From assembly GCA_964187785.1 (NCBI GenBank), contig OZ076409.1, forward strand, positions 40,736,001 through 40,800,000: a stretch of DNA of 64,000 nt, read 5' to 3'. A program made the position numbers and the translations under genes. The DNA comes from Amphiscolops sp. MND2022. Taxonomy: Eukaryota. The notes below the pieces were generated by a model that searched no databases, had not been told where the DNA came from, and saw only the letters and a program-made list of their open reading frames with translations. Positions 1 through 12,362 of the stretch are shown piece after piece. How positions within the stretch are numbered: position 1 is the stretch's first letter; the number at the start of each line of letters is the position of its first letter.

Positions 1-567
1 TCTTTTGTTTTCTTCTCCAAATTGTTTGTTTTTGTCATGGCTTGAGCTATGTTTCAAAGTCAAAAGACAACAATAAGCAGTTGAGACTAATGTTAACCTT
101 ATAAAGCCCCGATACAGGCGTAAGGCTCTGTTGATCATAGCATTATGGGACGTTCCAAGTCATTTTACAGAATATTTCGGAAGAAAAAGAACAATAGTTA
201 TAACAATACCAAAATAACGGAAAGTGTGCAATAACAAAAACAACAAAATAACAAAAAAACAGGGAAGGTGTGCTAGGTAGTCAAAGACTGCTCCTAATTA
301 TTTGGATCTTCATAAAAAGTAAACACTCAGTACTGCTGAAGACAAAACAAACTTGCATAAAACGTCCGAAAAAGTAAAACGTTGACACTTTCTGATTCTT
401 TTCACGCAGTTTTCGATTTAAGGTCTTTTATCTTTTAAAAGTGTTTTATCTTTGGACTGTCAGTATCTCATTCACTCCCGCCAAATCTTAAACCTTAATA
501 AGAAAGTCGAAGCTGGAAAAAAGTGACTTTTGTCTCGTCCGTTTTTCCATGAAAAAACTCAAATTTG

Positions 568-1860
568 TGTAAGGGCTTAGATCCCCAGTGTCCCTAAGAT
601 CAAAGGCAGACCTAGAATCGTTCTTTGTTAAATTTGTCTTTAACCCAAAAATGTCCCTCCGCTCCTGAAGACAAGGAACCCATATTATTTTGTATCTCAG
701 GGATAACTCTGTCACTAATTGCAGAGCGTATGGCTCGGTTAATCTGAGAATGCATCATCTCTTGAGAAAGTCTCAAAAATGTTTCATTTGAGAAGATTTC
801 CAAAAATTCCAATACTCGATCATGTCTGGGCATTTCATTTTAGGCATTTTTAATCCTAATTTCCTTCTCTTGTGATGAATTTCCTCTAGGATGAGAAGAA
901 GCATCAGTTTGGTTATGACTAACTGAGCCATTGATGGTTTTCACTATTTCTCTCCAAAAGAATTAATGTTTTGACCACCTAACATCACGCATATGTTGTC
1001 ATAATCGACTGTGTGTCCCTTTCTCCAGATCAAATCCCTTAAGTTTCCTGTCATCTAGCGGAAGGCATAAGAAAGATGTACATGAAAAATGTTTCATTGT
1101 TCCTGTATTTTTTTCAATTGTTATTCTTTGAAGAGTTGTTTTACATTTGTTCCACAGTAGGTGTCCGTTGCATTTGTGCCATGGGTATAAATACCGAAGA
1201 CACTCGTAACATCATCATTGTTTTATAAACAACTCATTATATATTTAAAAAGAGCATCATGATGATAATATTATTCTGAATAACGGGCGGAAAATAACAG
1301 AAAACATGTGCAGAAATCAACTTTGCATGAAGGACCTTTTGTCCTGCGAGGTCAAACACATTTCGAGGAAGTATTGATTTTGAAAGGGGCGAACACCATC
1401 TAATCACTGAATTGGTTTTGAACAATATTACCTGGTCAACAAAACACTGCACTTCGATATTGCATGATCAGACGCTACTTCCAAAAGGAAGGCCTAACTC
1501 GGCCACTTACCAATCCTCGCCGTCCTTTAATTGGCGGTTGGCAGAACGTAGCTTATTTATCGCAATGAAATATCAATGCACTATGAAATTGGGTAAGTAA
1601 AGCACAAGATCAACGCGCCTTCTGATTGGCTAAGAGTCTAAAAAGTCTGGTACGGCTACGGTAAATGAAATGGACAGGTAGGAAGTTGAACGCGTTTCCT
1701 ACCTGCCTGTCAGTAACGTCTAATATTTACGTATATTTTATATAAAATAGTCAAAACTTCAAAAATTCCGATAATTTTTTGTGTTCTGAGTTTACCTCGT
1801 TTCTTTTACTCCTAAACAACGGTGATAGTTCCTGATAGTTCCTGGGATGGCCCTGTGATA
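568..1860 (-). mobile_element. Degenerate long solo LTR (family B) containing a decayed gag-like N-terminal reading frame
   Basis: Minus-strand peptide RLSQEMMHSQINRAIRSAISDRVIPEIQN (612-833) aligns with RISREMD...QIQRAISEAISTQILPQIQN at 62122-62707. ATG at 1068 is followed by stops. The 3' end is ...CCTTACA at 568. The outer end ccctgtgata (1860) resembles cagcctgcgaca (63882). Shared ttctgattgg and ttgaacgcgtttcct motifs. Flanks atttg/attgt are only an imperfect TSD. Confidence 0.65.
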
Positions 1861-2007
1861 ATTGTAGGACACGGAGTCTTTTAAGTAGCTTGCTTAATAT
1901 TTCGTCTTTGACTTCTGTGGATGTTCCATTTCTCAGAAAGTTTCAAAAATTGTTCTAAAGTTTCTGTAAAAAAGTCAAAAACTCAAAAAAATTGGCATTT
2001 TTGACTA

Positions 2008-3041
2008 CCCGGGTTGACCCTCTTACTAGCATCTTGGCTGTCTTGGCAAGATCTTGCCAAATTCTTACTACATCTTGGCAACCATGGATCCCATGGCAAG
2101 ATTCCTATTAAGATCTTACTAAGATAATACTTATTCCAAGATCGTATCTTATCACGATGGATGAATTTTTAAGATTATAAAAAAACACTATACCTTCGGT
2201 ACAAACAGCCGAGACTCAATCTAAAGGCTCATTTCACCCAACAACGACTATTTCTACTCGTTTTCATAATCAAAATGCCTAAACCTGCTGAAAAAATTTT
2301 GCATGCAAAAATGCGTGAAAAATTACGATAACGTAGTCTGGCTTCCAAAATTTTGACGAGAATCCTAATAACTGCTCACCTGTTTAGGACTCAGAAATGC
2401 GAATGTACCAAATGAAAAGCCATTTCAAGGGCTTTCCAAAACTTGTAATTTATCACTCCTGTCGATTCCAGAGGCGGAGAAGTATGCTCTCAAACGTCCA
2501 GACCCACTATCGGAAAGTTACAAAGGAAAGACCTTAAAATCTTGAAATTTTTGTTGAAGTCATACTTCCAGCTTCCTTTGAGCCTGTTTCAGCAGCCTTA
2601 TTACTGATAGAAACGGCGGTCATTGCTCTAATTTGGGTAATGATTCAGCTCAAGGCTTTTCTGACGCCGTTGTTGGCGACAGTTTTGCAATTGAAAGAAC
2701 AATAACGATATCGAGATGGTTGCAAAAATCATTCAGTATTTTTGTTTTGAGAGATGTTTAGATTATTTTTCCATAACTCTTAATTTAATGGTTTTCTGAT
2801 TCTACTTTCGATATCGAGCAGTTCGTAGCAATTTTTTTCTTGCCATATTCGGCTTCTTAGTTAGATTTTTCTTGCCATATTGGGCTTCTTAGTAATATTT
2901 TTCTTGGAAACATGGCTCTCTTGATAAGATCTTACTATGGCATCTTGCAATTCTTGGCAATATCTTGTCACGATCTTAGCTAAGATTTTTCCAAGATCTT
3001 GGCAAGATCTTACTAAGATATCCATGGAGGGTCGACCCGGG
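2008..3041. mobile_element. Non-autonomous TIR DNA transposon (MITE) with TA target duplication and subterminal CAAGATCTT repeats
   Basis: Left end TA|CCCGGGTTGACCCTC and right end GAGGGTCGACCCGGG|TA. Many caagatctt/aagatctt motifs lie near both ends. A partial second copy of the right end is at 42530-42805. Confidence 0.85.
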
Positions 3042-4251
3042 TACATTGCTGTTTTTTCAGGTGCTTTTTCCACAAAAAAAAAAACAGAAAACCGCAGCGA
3101 ATGCATATTCTATTTTTAGGGTACTTCATGTCTGTGTAAAAACCTTTATTTTTTGCTTATGGAGGAGATGGAACTTGGCAAAATGGAGGATAAAAAGCGC
3201 GGCACAAATAGTAATTTTTCTTACCCATAAAAAGTTATGCCCGAAAATTGATAAAGAAGTATGATGATTCTATGTGTTAATGTAAACACTGAAGGATGTA
3301 TTGCTATATGCTCAGATGTCTCTAATTGCGTGAATCCTGCAATGTAATCCACCATGTCAACAATCGACCTTTTTTTCAAAATGTTTTTTGATTTTTTTTA
3401 CTGTTCTCATGTAATTGAGCATTTGCTATGTGTTGAGAAATAGCTTAAAATGAGTCGTATCAATCGAACAAAACAATTGAAAACGTGATATTGGAATCAA
3501 ATGAGAATTGTTGAAGTATCTTTTGAATGCCCTACCTTCTTTATCAGGATCGGAGGCGACTTTCCGCTCAAGACCTCTCTGTGCATCTCCTGAAGTAAGA
3601 TGGATGTTACTGTTCACACTAGTTTCGTTTTGCACTTTGGGGGGAAGTGCAGGGGGCAAAGCGGCTTCCTCTGTTTCGAGGCCTCTTCTTTTTCTCATTG
3701 GCATTCTCCAGATTACCCTAAAATGCAACACTGTTTTTGTTATAATGATCCTGTAGATATAAATATTTATAGACAATTAATGACATTGAGGTGATTCGTG
3801 CAAGAGCAAAGTAACAAATGATTGAAAACGTTCTTGTACATTTTTGAATAGGTTTTTTCTTTGCAAAACTCACGAAGTTAAAAAGAGTACGAATAGGCAT
3901 ATCATCATCCTTGTAATAATTGGAACTTCTTGAAAAATCGCAGGTGGAGATATTTGCGGGGAAAACATTATCCAAGAAATATTCAAGAAGTAGGTTGAGA
4001 ACAAAAACAATAAACAAGCAAAGTAATCAGGAAACGGATTTTTTTCTACTGCAAAAAGCACGAAGATCTATACTTCAACTAAAAGATCAGATAACAAAAG
4101 AAGCATTGGTACTGCAATAATTTTGGTTCTTAAATCCGCTTTAACCTCAAGGCCAAGTGGCATATGAATTGAAGTCATAGTAGTTATAAAAATGGCAGGA
4201 ACTGGGGAACAAAAGAATAAGTTCTCGGCTAAAAAAGATTCTGCGAAAACG

Positions 4252-7200
4252 AAAACAAGTCTGGAACGGCTCAAGTCGGCGCCCCGCTCAAGGTTCAAAA
4301 AAAAAGAAAAGTGTTTGAAGTGATTGGGGGCGAAGGGAGTGCCCTTGAGACTCGAAAAGAGCTTTTTCTGAACTGAAAACATCAGAAGAAGGCATTGTGG
4401 CATACACAGCAAACATGACCTTCAACCAACTACATAGTTTAGGGGAACCGACAAAGAGACATTGGCCTGTGGACCAACAAACTCTAATTGGCTGTCGATT
4501 TTCGTTGTGTAAAGAAAGATACAAAAAGGAACAGTTAACTCTTTAAACATAGATCCGCTTTAACCGTGAAGTGTTCGATTATAACACTTTTACCCAACAA
4601 GGAAACAATGACAACCACTACCAAGCATACAATTACCCTACATCGAAGACACCGGACTCGACGGCAAAAAATCATTCACCCAAAAAGAATGGACCGAACG
4701 ATTACGACACTACATCGAAAGAATTTACAGCATCGACAAAAAACCGGCTTTATCCGGAGAAGCAATGCCAACAATCACCAGATTGACGGGGAAAGAACCC
4801 GAAATAAGACGAGATTTTGTCTGGGAAGCAGGCACATCAGCAATCGAAATCAATAATATAGGAGAGTTCAACACCGAAACCAAAACTATCAACACGGCGA
4901 CTAATATAACAATTCAAAGACTATTACATGCCCGAACGAAAGACGTACCAAAACCGTGGAGATTTTTTTCTGGGCAAAACTAGAAGAGAAAGAAACCCTG
5001 GAAGAACACTGGTCAAAATTAGCATCCTTCGAGCACAACTGCGATTTCAACGACAACAAACAAGAAGACCTACTAATATCAAAATCGATCGAAAGCACTA
5101 CCAATAAAAAATTACAGGGAAAACTAATCCACGAAAAAACTCAACCCCAAAACCACCATGGACTATGTTACCCAAGACAGCTAAGAGAAAAGACACGAAC
5201 AGCCAACGATACCTACAGCACCCGAAAAGAAAAGGATATAAATCAACAACCAGCACAAAAAACACAAGCACCACAAAAATAAGAGCACCGGAAAAACAAA
5301 AAAGTGCTCGGCAAAAACAGCGGATTGTAACAACTGTCGCAAAAAAGGGCATTTCGCAAGAGTATGCCGTAGTAATACCCAGAAAGTATCGCAAGAGTGT
5401 GCCGTAGTAATACCCAGAACACAGAAAAAGAATAAACTACCTTGAAGAAACTTATGACGAGGAAGAAGGAATCGAACCCAAAGAAATAACACAAATCAAC
5501 AGAATACACAGAATACTACCGGACAAGAATGACCAGTACGAGATTAAAATAACACTCAACGGAAAATACCATATCTTCACCATCGACACCGGTTCTCCGG
5601 TCACAATATTGCCAAACGTCCCTACACTGTACAAATCGAAAGATATTCAACCACTGAAAGAAAGATGAACAAAACGAAATGAAACTCCTGGGAAAGTTAT
5701 AGGGAGACATAAAACAACGGCAAAACCACCAAACTACCAATACTAATCACACAAAGAAACGTTATCACACCACTACTAGGTGTGAATTGGCTAAAACAAC
5801 TACCAATCTCCATCAAAAAAATTCTACTGGACGAAAGCACCAACCAACTAAAAGACATCCACTCAAAATTTTACCAACTGTTTGAAACGAAACACACAGT
5901 TAAGAACATCGAAGGAAAGATTCAAAGAAATCCAGGATGCTACCCAACCCAACAGAAAGACATGCCGATACCATACCACCTACAAGGCGTGAAAAATCAA
6001 CTAGACCTAATAACATCCGGACATCCCAAAAGATTGGAAACAAGACTTTTTTGTATTACCCGTAGTAAAGAATGACAGAACTGTGAAAATTGCAATAGAC
6101 GCCCGGAAACTGAAAAAAAAGCTGTGATAAAAAGCGACCACATACGCCAAATATGGAAGAACTTCTCAACCAATTCTCCGCTGACTTTTCACGAAACTGT
6201 GATTTAGATATGAACGACCCAATTTATGTATCCGTGATAGATCTCGATTATGCTTACAGACAAATGAAACCAGCACCACAAACCAGCGAACACTGCAACT
6301 TTTCGGTTACAGGCGAAAATTTAAACGGATACTACCGATTCTTGAAGGACTTGATGGTCCCGCAGACATACCGACAATTTTGCAAGAGAAAATAGACAGA
6401 AAACTTGGACGACGTCTGACACCAGTCTGGCTAGACAACATCATCGTCGTAACCCGAGGAACAAACGAAAAACACACCCAAAGACTGTATTCGAAACAAA
6501 ACAAAATTTACGGGTCATAAATTCTCACAAGACCTTTTCAAACCCTACAAAGAAAAACAAACTAAAACTAAAATCAAACCCTAAAAACCTTCCTCGGCGC
6601 TATCCAATACACTGACAAATTTATGCCGAATCTCTCCGCAAAAACAACCAACATGAAATGACTACCAAAAAGGACCAAGTAGGGCTGAACAGAGGAGTGC
6701 AGTACAGATTTCAAGAAATTAAAAGAGAAATCAACAACACTACAATGTCTCGCATACTATACCGGCAACAAAGAAACATTGTAACCACCTATGCATGCAA
6801 AACCGTCCTCGGAGTGGCACTACGGCAGAAGCAAGGCAACGGAGAACTGAAACCATTTGCAATTGCCAGCTGTTATCCAAACGACGCAAAAACAAGAAGT
6901 ATTCCATCGGCAAAGTAGAGCTACTGGCCGTAGTTTGAGGGCTGGAAAGATTCTAATTCGATCTATATGGCAAACAGATTCATTTATTCACGGACCACCA
7001 AAAACGCTTCTAAAGAGAAACACAACCAAAAAACAATACAGTGCACGACTAACACGATGGTTAGGCAGACTAACCTATTCTGACATTGGGCTCAAACACA
7101 CCCCTGAAAAAGAATCAATTTCACTGATTTTATTAGCTGAAATCCTACCAAAATCCCGGAACCGGAAACAAAATACCAAGAAGATTTTGTGTTGAACACC

Positions 7201-9500
7201 ATCGTGCAACTAGCAACACTAAATATCCTCATTGGACTGGTTTTCAACCAATCAAACGTCGCAGACGCAGACAACAAAAACAAAACGAACTAACCGATAC
7301 TCGACGCTATAAAACAAACAAAAACCATATTGACTCTAATTACTTCACAGTACAGCAGAATACCGATACATACATTACCGATTCTTCAACAATGAATAAC
7401 AACAATGAAAACAACCAGAAGCAAGACTGTTCAGAATAGACGGACAATCACGTTACTCTTGGGCAGCGGACAATGAAATTATGGCCATAATCAATAGAAG
7501 AGAGAAATCACCCGAACTTGCGGAATTGATGAGGAGACGTATCTAACTGGCGAGACCAGGATCGATGAGACCAGTAGAACAGAAACTTGGATAGAGAAAC
7601 CTACACACCAAGAAGACCAGAAGAAGAAGAAGAAATAAGGGAGATTTAAAAAATGACATACAACTTGGAAGAAGAGAAGGAGAAGCACACATCGGCGGGG
7701 GCTACTTTAGGGATTTCGGAAACGAAATACCAGCGAGGCTCCAAGTACAAGATTAACCAAACAGAGACACCGAATCCGGGGTCTCGACAAACACCGAAGA
7801 AGCCGTAGCAACTCACGAACCGGGAGCATACAACGCCATACCCGTACAGGAACACCGGGACGGCCCAAATAAAGAGATAGCGGTCCGCGTGAACTGTGTT
7901 GGGAAGAGAAAGCAACCAGAAACACACAGCAGGAAGACAAAATCAGGCCAACCAAACCAAATTTCATGCTGGATCTAGAAACATTGGTCAAAGAAAGAGC
8001 CACCGAACCAGACCTTATCGAATCTAACTGCTGCCTCGAAGTCAACAACAACCATATACCCAACGACCAAAAAACAGTGGCGAAGAAACTTACGTAACGG
8101 TGGAGCATCATAATGGTAGACAACCTGATAGTAGTGCCAAAAATACTACGATACGCAGCCTTGAATGCAATACACTTTGGATACCCCAGGATAAACAAAA
8201 CGTACAATGACATGCTGCAGTATTGTGATGGCCGAATAGTCAGGCAAAAATAAAAAAATCGAAAACATGCCCAGCACGCCTCAACGCCGGTAAGAACTTG
8301 AAATGTCAAAAACCACAAACCGAAAAATAAATCGAACCGCCGAAAACTCCGTGCGAAGAAATTCAGATAGACTTTTACGCGAATCTACGTAATACAAATC
8401 TACGTAAATATTTTTCATTTATAAATGCAATTTCAGTTGACTCAAAGGACATCTCCGTCTACATCAACCGAAACTCGGCTTGTGAGATAAACAACCACGT
8501 TGTTATGTCGAAGAAAACGACAACTGAGCCGAAGTTTAGACCAAAAAACAGACCATTTCGGGAAGTTTGAACCAATTCAGCTACCCTCTTAAGTTTAACA
8601 AAATAACGGCAAAAAGAGCTCGCAAGATGTAAGTTCTCCAACAAAACCCAAACCGCTATATTTTGGGTACGGAACATACAGTAACCACAAGCAAAGGAAA
8701 ATATTACATAAAAACTTATCCGATACCTTTCCGGCAAACCATCACAGCCCCAACGAAACGGATAAACAGCTGACTGGCATACACAGCATACATCACCTTC
8801 AACCAAACTACATAGTTAACGGCTACCGACAAAGAGATATTGGCCTGTGGACCAACAAAGTCTAATAGACTGTCAATTTACGTTAATTAGATACTAGTGC
8901 ATTTGATACTTTTGTTATCAATGATTGTTGCGTAAAGATGAATACAAAAAAATATAGTTAATTCTTAAACCATAGATCCATTTTAACCGTGAAGTAATCG
9001 TTTATAACAGGTATATGATGAGAAAAAATCAATTTACTTTTTCTTCGAAATAAAGTCTCAACAAAGTCCCGAAACACCCAGAGAATACCTTTTTAAATAC
9101 GCAAAGGGACACTATCGTCAGTTTTAAATCATACTTACTGAGCTGAAAATGAGCTTGATGGTCGCAAAATGTTTTTTTTTCAAGTTAAGATCTTCTTCAA
9201 AAAAGGTGGTCTAAAAAAGTCGCATAGTGCCAAAAAACCGTAGGTGTTTTCCACATGTTTTGAGAAAACTGTTATGAGTCACCACAGGACCAAACAAAAA
9301 CCGATGATGTACCCTTAAGGCTTCGAAAACGATTTTCCTTAGTAGACAACCTCAAACAAATTTAGTGGGGGAAAAAACTAGAAACGCTTCAAAAACTATG
9401 GTACCCGAATGTGGCACCTTTCAGTGTGAGGTCTGTGGTCTGCAGAAAAAACGGTCTCTGCAAGAGCTGGGCGTTTTGTGTTCCACAAAAGGCGTCGACT
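4252..9500 (-). mobile_element. Helentron/DINE-1-like (HINE) copy interrupted by the Gypsy element at 4396-9009
   Basis: Family 3' end aacaagtctggaacggctcaagtcggcgc at 4252-4282. Family 5' end aaaggcgtcgacta at ~9488-9501. Internal sequence 9010-9500 resembles other copies (gtcgcatagtgccaaaaa, gaggtctgtggtctg). Confidence 0.6.
4396..9009 (+). mobile_element. Decayed Ty3/Gypsy LTR retrotransposon (gag-PR-RT-RH-IN remnants)
   Basis: LTRs 4396-4586 (TGtggcatacacagc...ataaCA) and ~8773-9009. TSD ggcat/ggtat (1 mismatch). Protease FTIDTGSPVTILP at ~5575-5610. RT motifs VKIAIDARKL, SVIDLDYAYRQ, GYYRFLK and WLDNIIVVT (6428). RNase H YACKTVLGVALRQ. Many stops and frameshifts. Confidence 0.92.
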
Positions 9501-9502
9501 AA

Positions 9503-9781
9503 GTGTAAAACACATAAAGTTCTCAATGGTCTCTTTTATCTGTACACGTGTGGATAGCACACACACAGCCATTGTACCCAGTAAATAACGCGTAAAATTA
9601 CCTAATAAAGCTTAGGATTTCTGTTGAAAAACTACGAGAATAAGCGGTGCTGTGGAAAATGAACCAGCCGCCCGTTAAGCAGCGGGTTATTTTCCGCTAA
9701 CAATGTAATGCATCAGCACGGGTTCGAACCCACGACCACGTCTCTGCCAGCCAGACGCACTACCAACAGAGCCAAAGTAAC
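9503..9781 (-). mobile_element. tRNA-derived SINE-like element (tRNA-like head 9781-9710)
   Basis: Minus strand reads GTTACTTTGGCTCTGTTGGTAGTGCG...GTGGGTTCGAACCCGTGCTGATGC. It has Pol III A-box TGGCTCTGTTGG and B-box GGTTCGAACCC. The acceptor and anticodon stems do not pair, and ~200 bp of body sequence follows. The 3' boundary is approximate. Confidence 0.65.
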
Positions 9782-10750
9782 AAAAATAGGTACTAACTGA
9801 AGTGGATGGACATCGTGGAGATTTGGCAGAATTGGTAAAAAAAAACGCAACACAAACTATGATTTTCCTCCCCATCATAAATAAGTTCGTGTGGGCGGAG
9901 CACAACAATAGCTGAGTGACAAAGCTGGAAGATGAAAAAAATCTGTCTGAGAAACTTACTTTCTTATGAGATAAGAAATACATTGTGTTTTTCAGCGAAA
10001 AAACAAATTCTCTGGGTTTTCGTTTTTGAGCCGCTGGAAAAAACAAGTGATCCTGATGTAGTTTCGTCTGCAAAAGCTTCACGATTTCAGGTAAGTTTGA
10101 AAAAGTTCATCAGGTATTCACACCTGATTCATAGGGACAACATGCTTTGAAACAAAAAGAAATTTGCCTTTAAAATCGTTCTTTTCACAGTGGAAACAGG
10201 TATAATTGAAGTAGTGATAATATCGAAAGCAAGATACCAACATCGCATGCTTATAGAGAGCAGATGAACAAACTTCGTCGACTAATTAGAATTTATTGCT
10301 CTCATAGTTTTGGTTTGGCATCCAAATACATTTAATGTTCCCATTGTTTACAAAATTACAACTATTTCATTTCCAAATACCTTGGAATGCCAAAGTGCCG
10401 GAGGCACTTTTGTCGATAAGGATATATCCAAAACACAATATTTTTGTTCCATTTCGATGGGTAGTAAATTTCCCGGAATCGATCAAGCTCTTACTAGTAT
10501 TGCAATACTTTCAAAAATTTCGAAATCAGAGAAAAAAATATCACTGGGCTTAAGCTTTTAAAATCTTTTCGTTTTCTTCTCAAAAATAAAAAGATTTGAC
10601 AGTCCAAACATTCATGATGCAATCAGTGCCTTTTTCAATGTTGTCTCATTTTTTTCACGGCCTTACCTGTCGCCAACGTAGCAGAATTTGGAGCGATCGG
10701 ATTTTTCATTTTCTAGATTTTGGCTAGAACTTGGACGTGGCATTTTGGCG

Positions 10751-11261
10751 GGACACGGTAATAAGTTCGAACCCATAAGTTCGAATTTTAATTTCGAATG
10801 GACTAAGTTCGAATTTTCCAAAAACCGGAACAAGTTCGAATCACTGTGTTCGAATTTTGGACTAAGTATAAAACGTGCCACTGATATTACCCGATTTCAT
10901 CTAGTGCCCCGCGGCCCCTTGGGGCCGCTTATGTTCCCATCTTGCTAAGCGAGGTCGAACAGGAGCAAATTTGGTCTTAAGACCTAGCGGGAACGGAGAT
11001 CGCGAAGCGATCGTAGTGGGAGCTGGTCTTTGCGACGGTGAGGGCGAGCGTGCATACACGGGGTATGCCCCACATTTCAGTTTTTAGATTCCTTTAGATC
11101 CTAGCCGGTGGAGCTCTCAGGATCTTGTGTGAAGGATGTCCAGTTTACACCGGATATGCCCGATATGAAAATTCGACCTTGGTGTCTCGAAACTATTCCA
11201 TTCGAACTTATTGCACTAGTTCAAATTCGAACTTAGTAAATCGAACTTATTGCCCGAAGCC
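10751..11261. mobile_element. MITE with GG..CC TIRs and 9-bp TSD (Mutator- or Merlin-like)
   Basis: TSD attttggcg at 10742-10750 and 11262-11270. TIRs GGACACGGTAATAAGTTCGA and (revcomp) GGCTTCGGGCAATAAGTTCGA. Repeated aagttcgaa/ttcgaactt subterminal motifs. Confidence 0.8.
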
Positions 11262-12162
11262 ATTTTGGCGACGTAGACATTACGACTGGCACAAGTTCAC
11301 TCGCTTTTGAAAGTAAGTCTTAACTTTAGTCTACTAGGCTAGTAGAAATGAATGTTTTTCCCGCGTTGGTTAAAACTCACAGCAGTTTAAAAAATGTTTT
11401 CTAGTGTCTAATGTGATCCGCTAGATTTTGCTCAACAGTTTGAGTTTTGTTGCTTTTTCAAAAATAAGCATCCCTGTCAATCATGAGTTAAAATTAGGTC
11501 ACATGCTCGAACTGTAAGATGCTAAGTTGCAGTCTTTGCTACATTTACAGTGATCGAGTTACTTATTCGCTTCACTGAATGTTCCGCTGTCGTAAGTGTG
11601 GCGATTTGTTCTTTGATGAGTTCTCCTCCTTTCAAATTCGAGGAGTTGTTTCCCCGAGTTGGTTACGTCGAATTGTTCTCGACAAACATTGATGGATTTG
11701 TTTCTAGGAACCCATCAAATAAAACATCCTTGAACACCCTTCTAAACCAACGAGTATTTGTCAGAACGTGTTCTAACTGGGCTGAGACATAGGTAAGTAA
11801 GGTTTCAAAAAACTTAGCGGCGAGACTAAGTGTAAAAGTAGATTGTAGATTGTAGCTTAATTAGTCAGAAAAGAAGCGCTAGAGAGTCCCAATAAAGTTC
11901 AACTTCGCTTTACTAATGGAAAACAGTAGCGGTAAGATAAGCAAACTTAGTAAGATAAGAAAAGTTCAGACACCGTGTGATACAAAATCAGTACTATGAG
12001 AAATGGTTTTCTTAACTTCCAGAGGTAAAATTTTTCGCTTTTTGTAGTGTTTTCGATTTTTTAGAAAATATGATGAGAGAGAAATTTTAGAGAAGTTTAC
12101 AAAAATATTAGGGAAAAAAATTGAGAAAAGACTCTGAGAATCGATTTTTGCCCTGGCCTTTT

Positions 12163-12362
12163 NNNNNNNNNNNNNNNNNNNNNNNNNNNNNNNNNNNNNN
12201 NNNNNNNNNNNNNNNNNNNNNNNNNNNNNNNNNNNNNNNNNNNNNNNNNNNNNNNNNNNNNNNNNNNNNNNNNNNNNNNNNNNNNNNNNNNNNNNNNNNN
12301 NNNNNNNNNNNNNNNNNNNNNNNNNNNNNNNNNNNNNNNNNNNNNNNNNNNNNNNNNNNNNN
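12163..12362. other. Assembly/scaffolding gap (200 N)
   Basis: Run of N. The round length suggests a gap of unknown true size. Confidence 0.99.

Noticed and set aside
7707..8318. 203-aa minus-strand ORF
   Set aside because: Antisense to the decayed Gypsy pol/integrase region.
9710..9781. Functional tRNA gene
   Set aside because: The acceptor and anticodon stems do not pair and there is no immediate T-run terminator. It is better explained as a SINE head or pseudogene.
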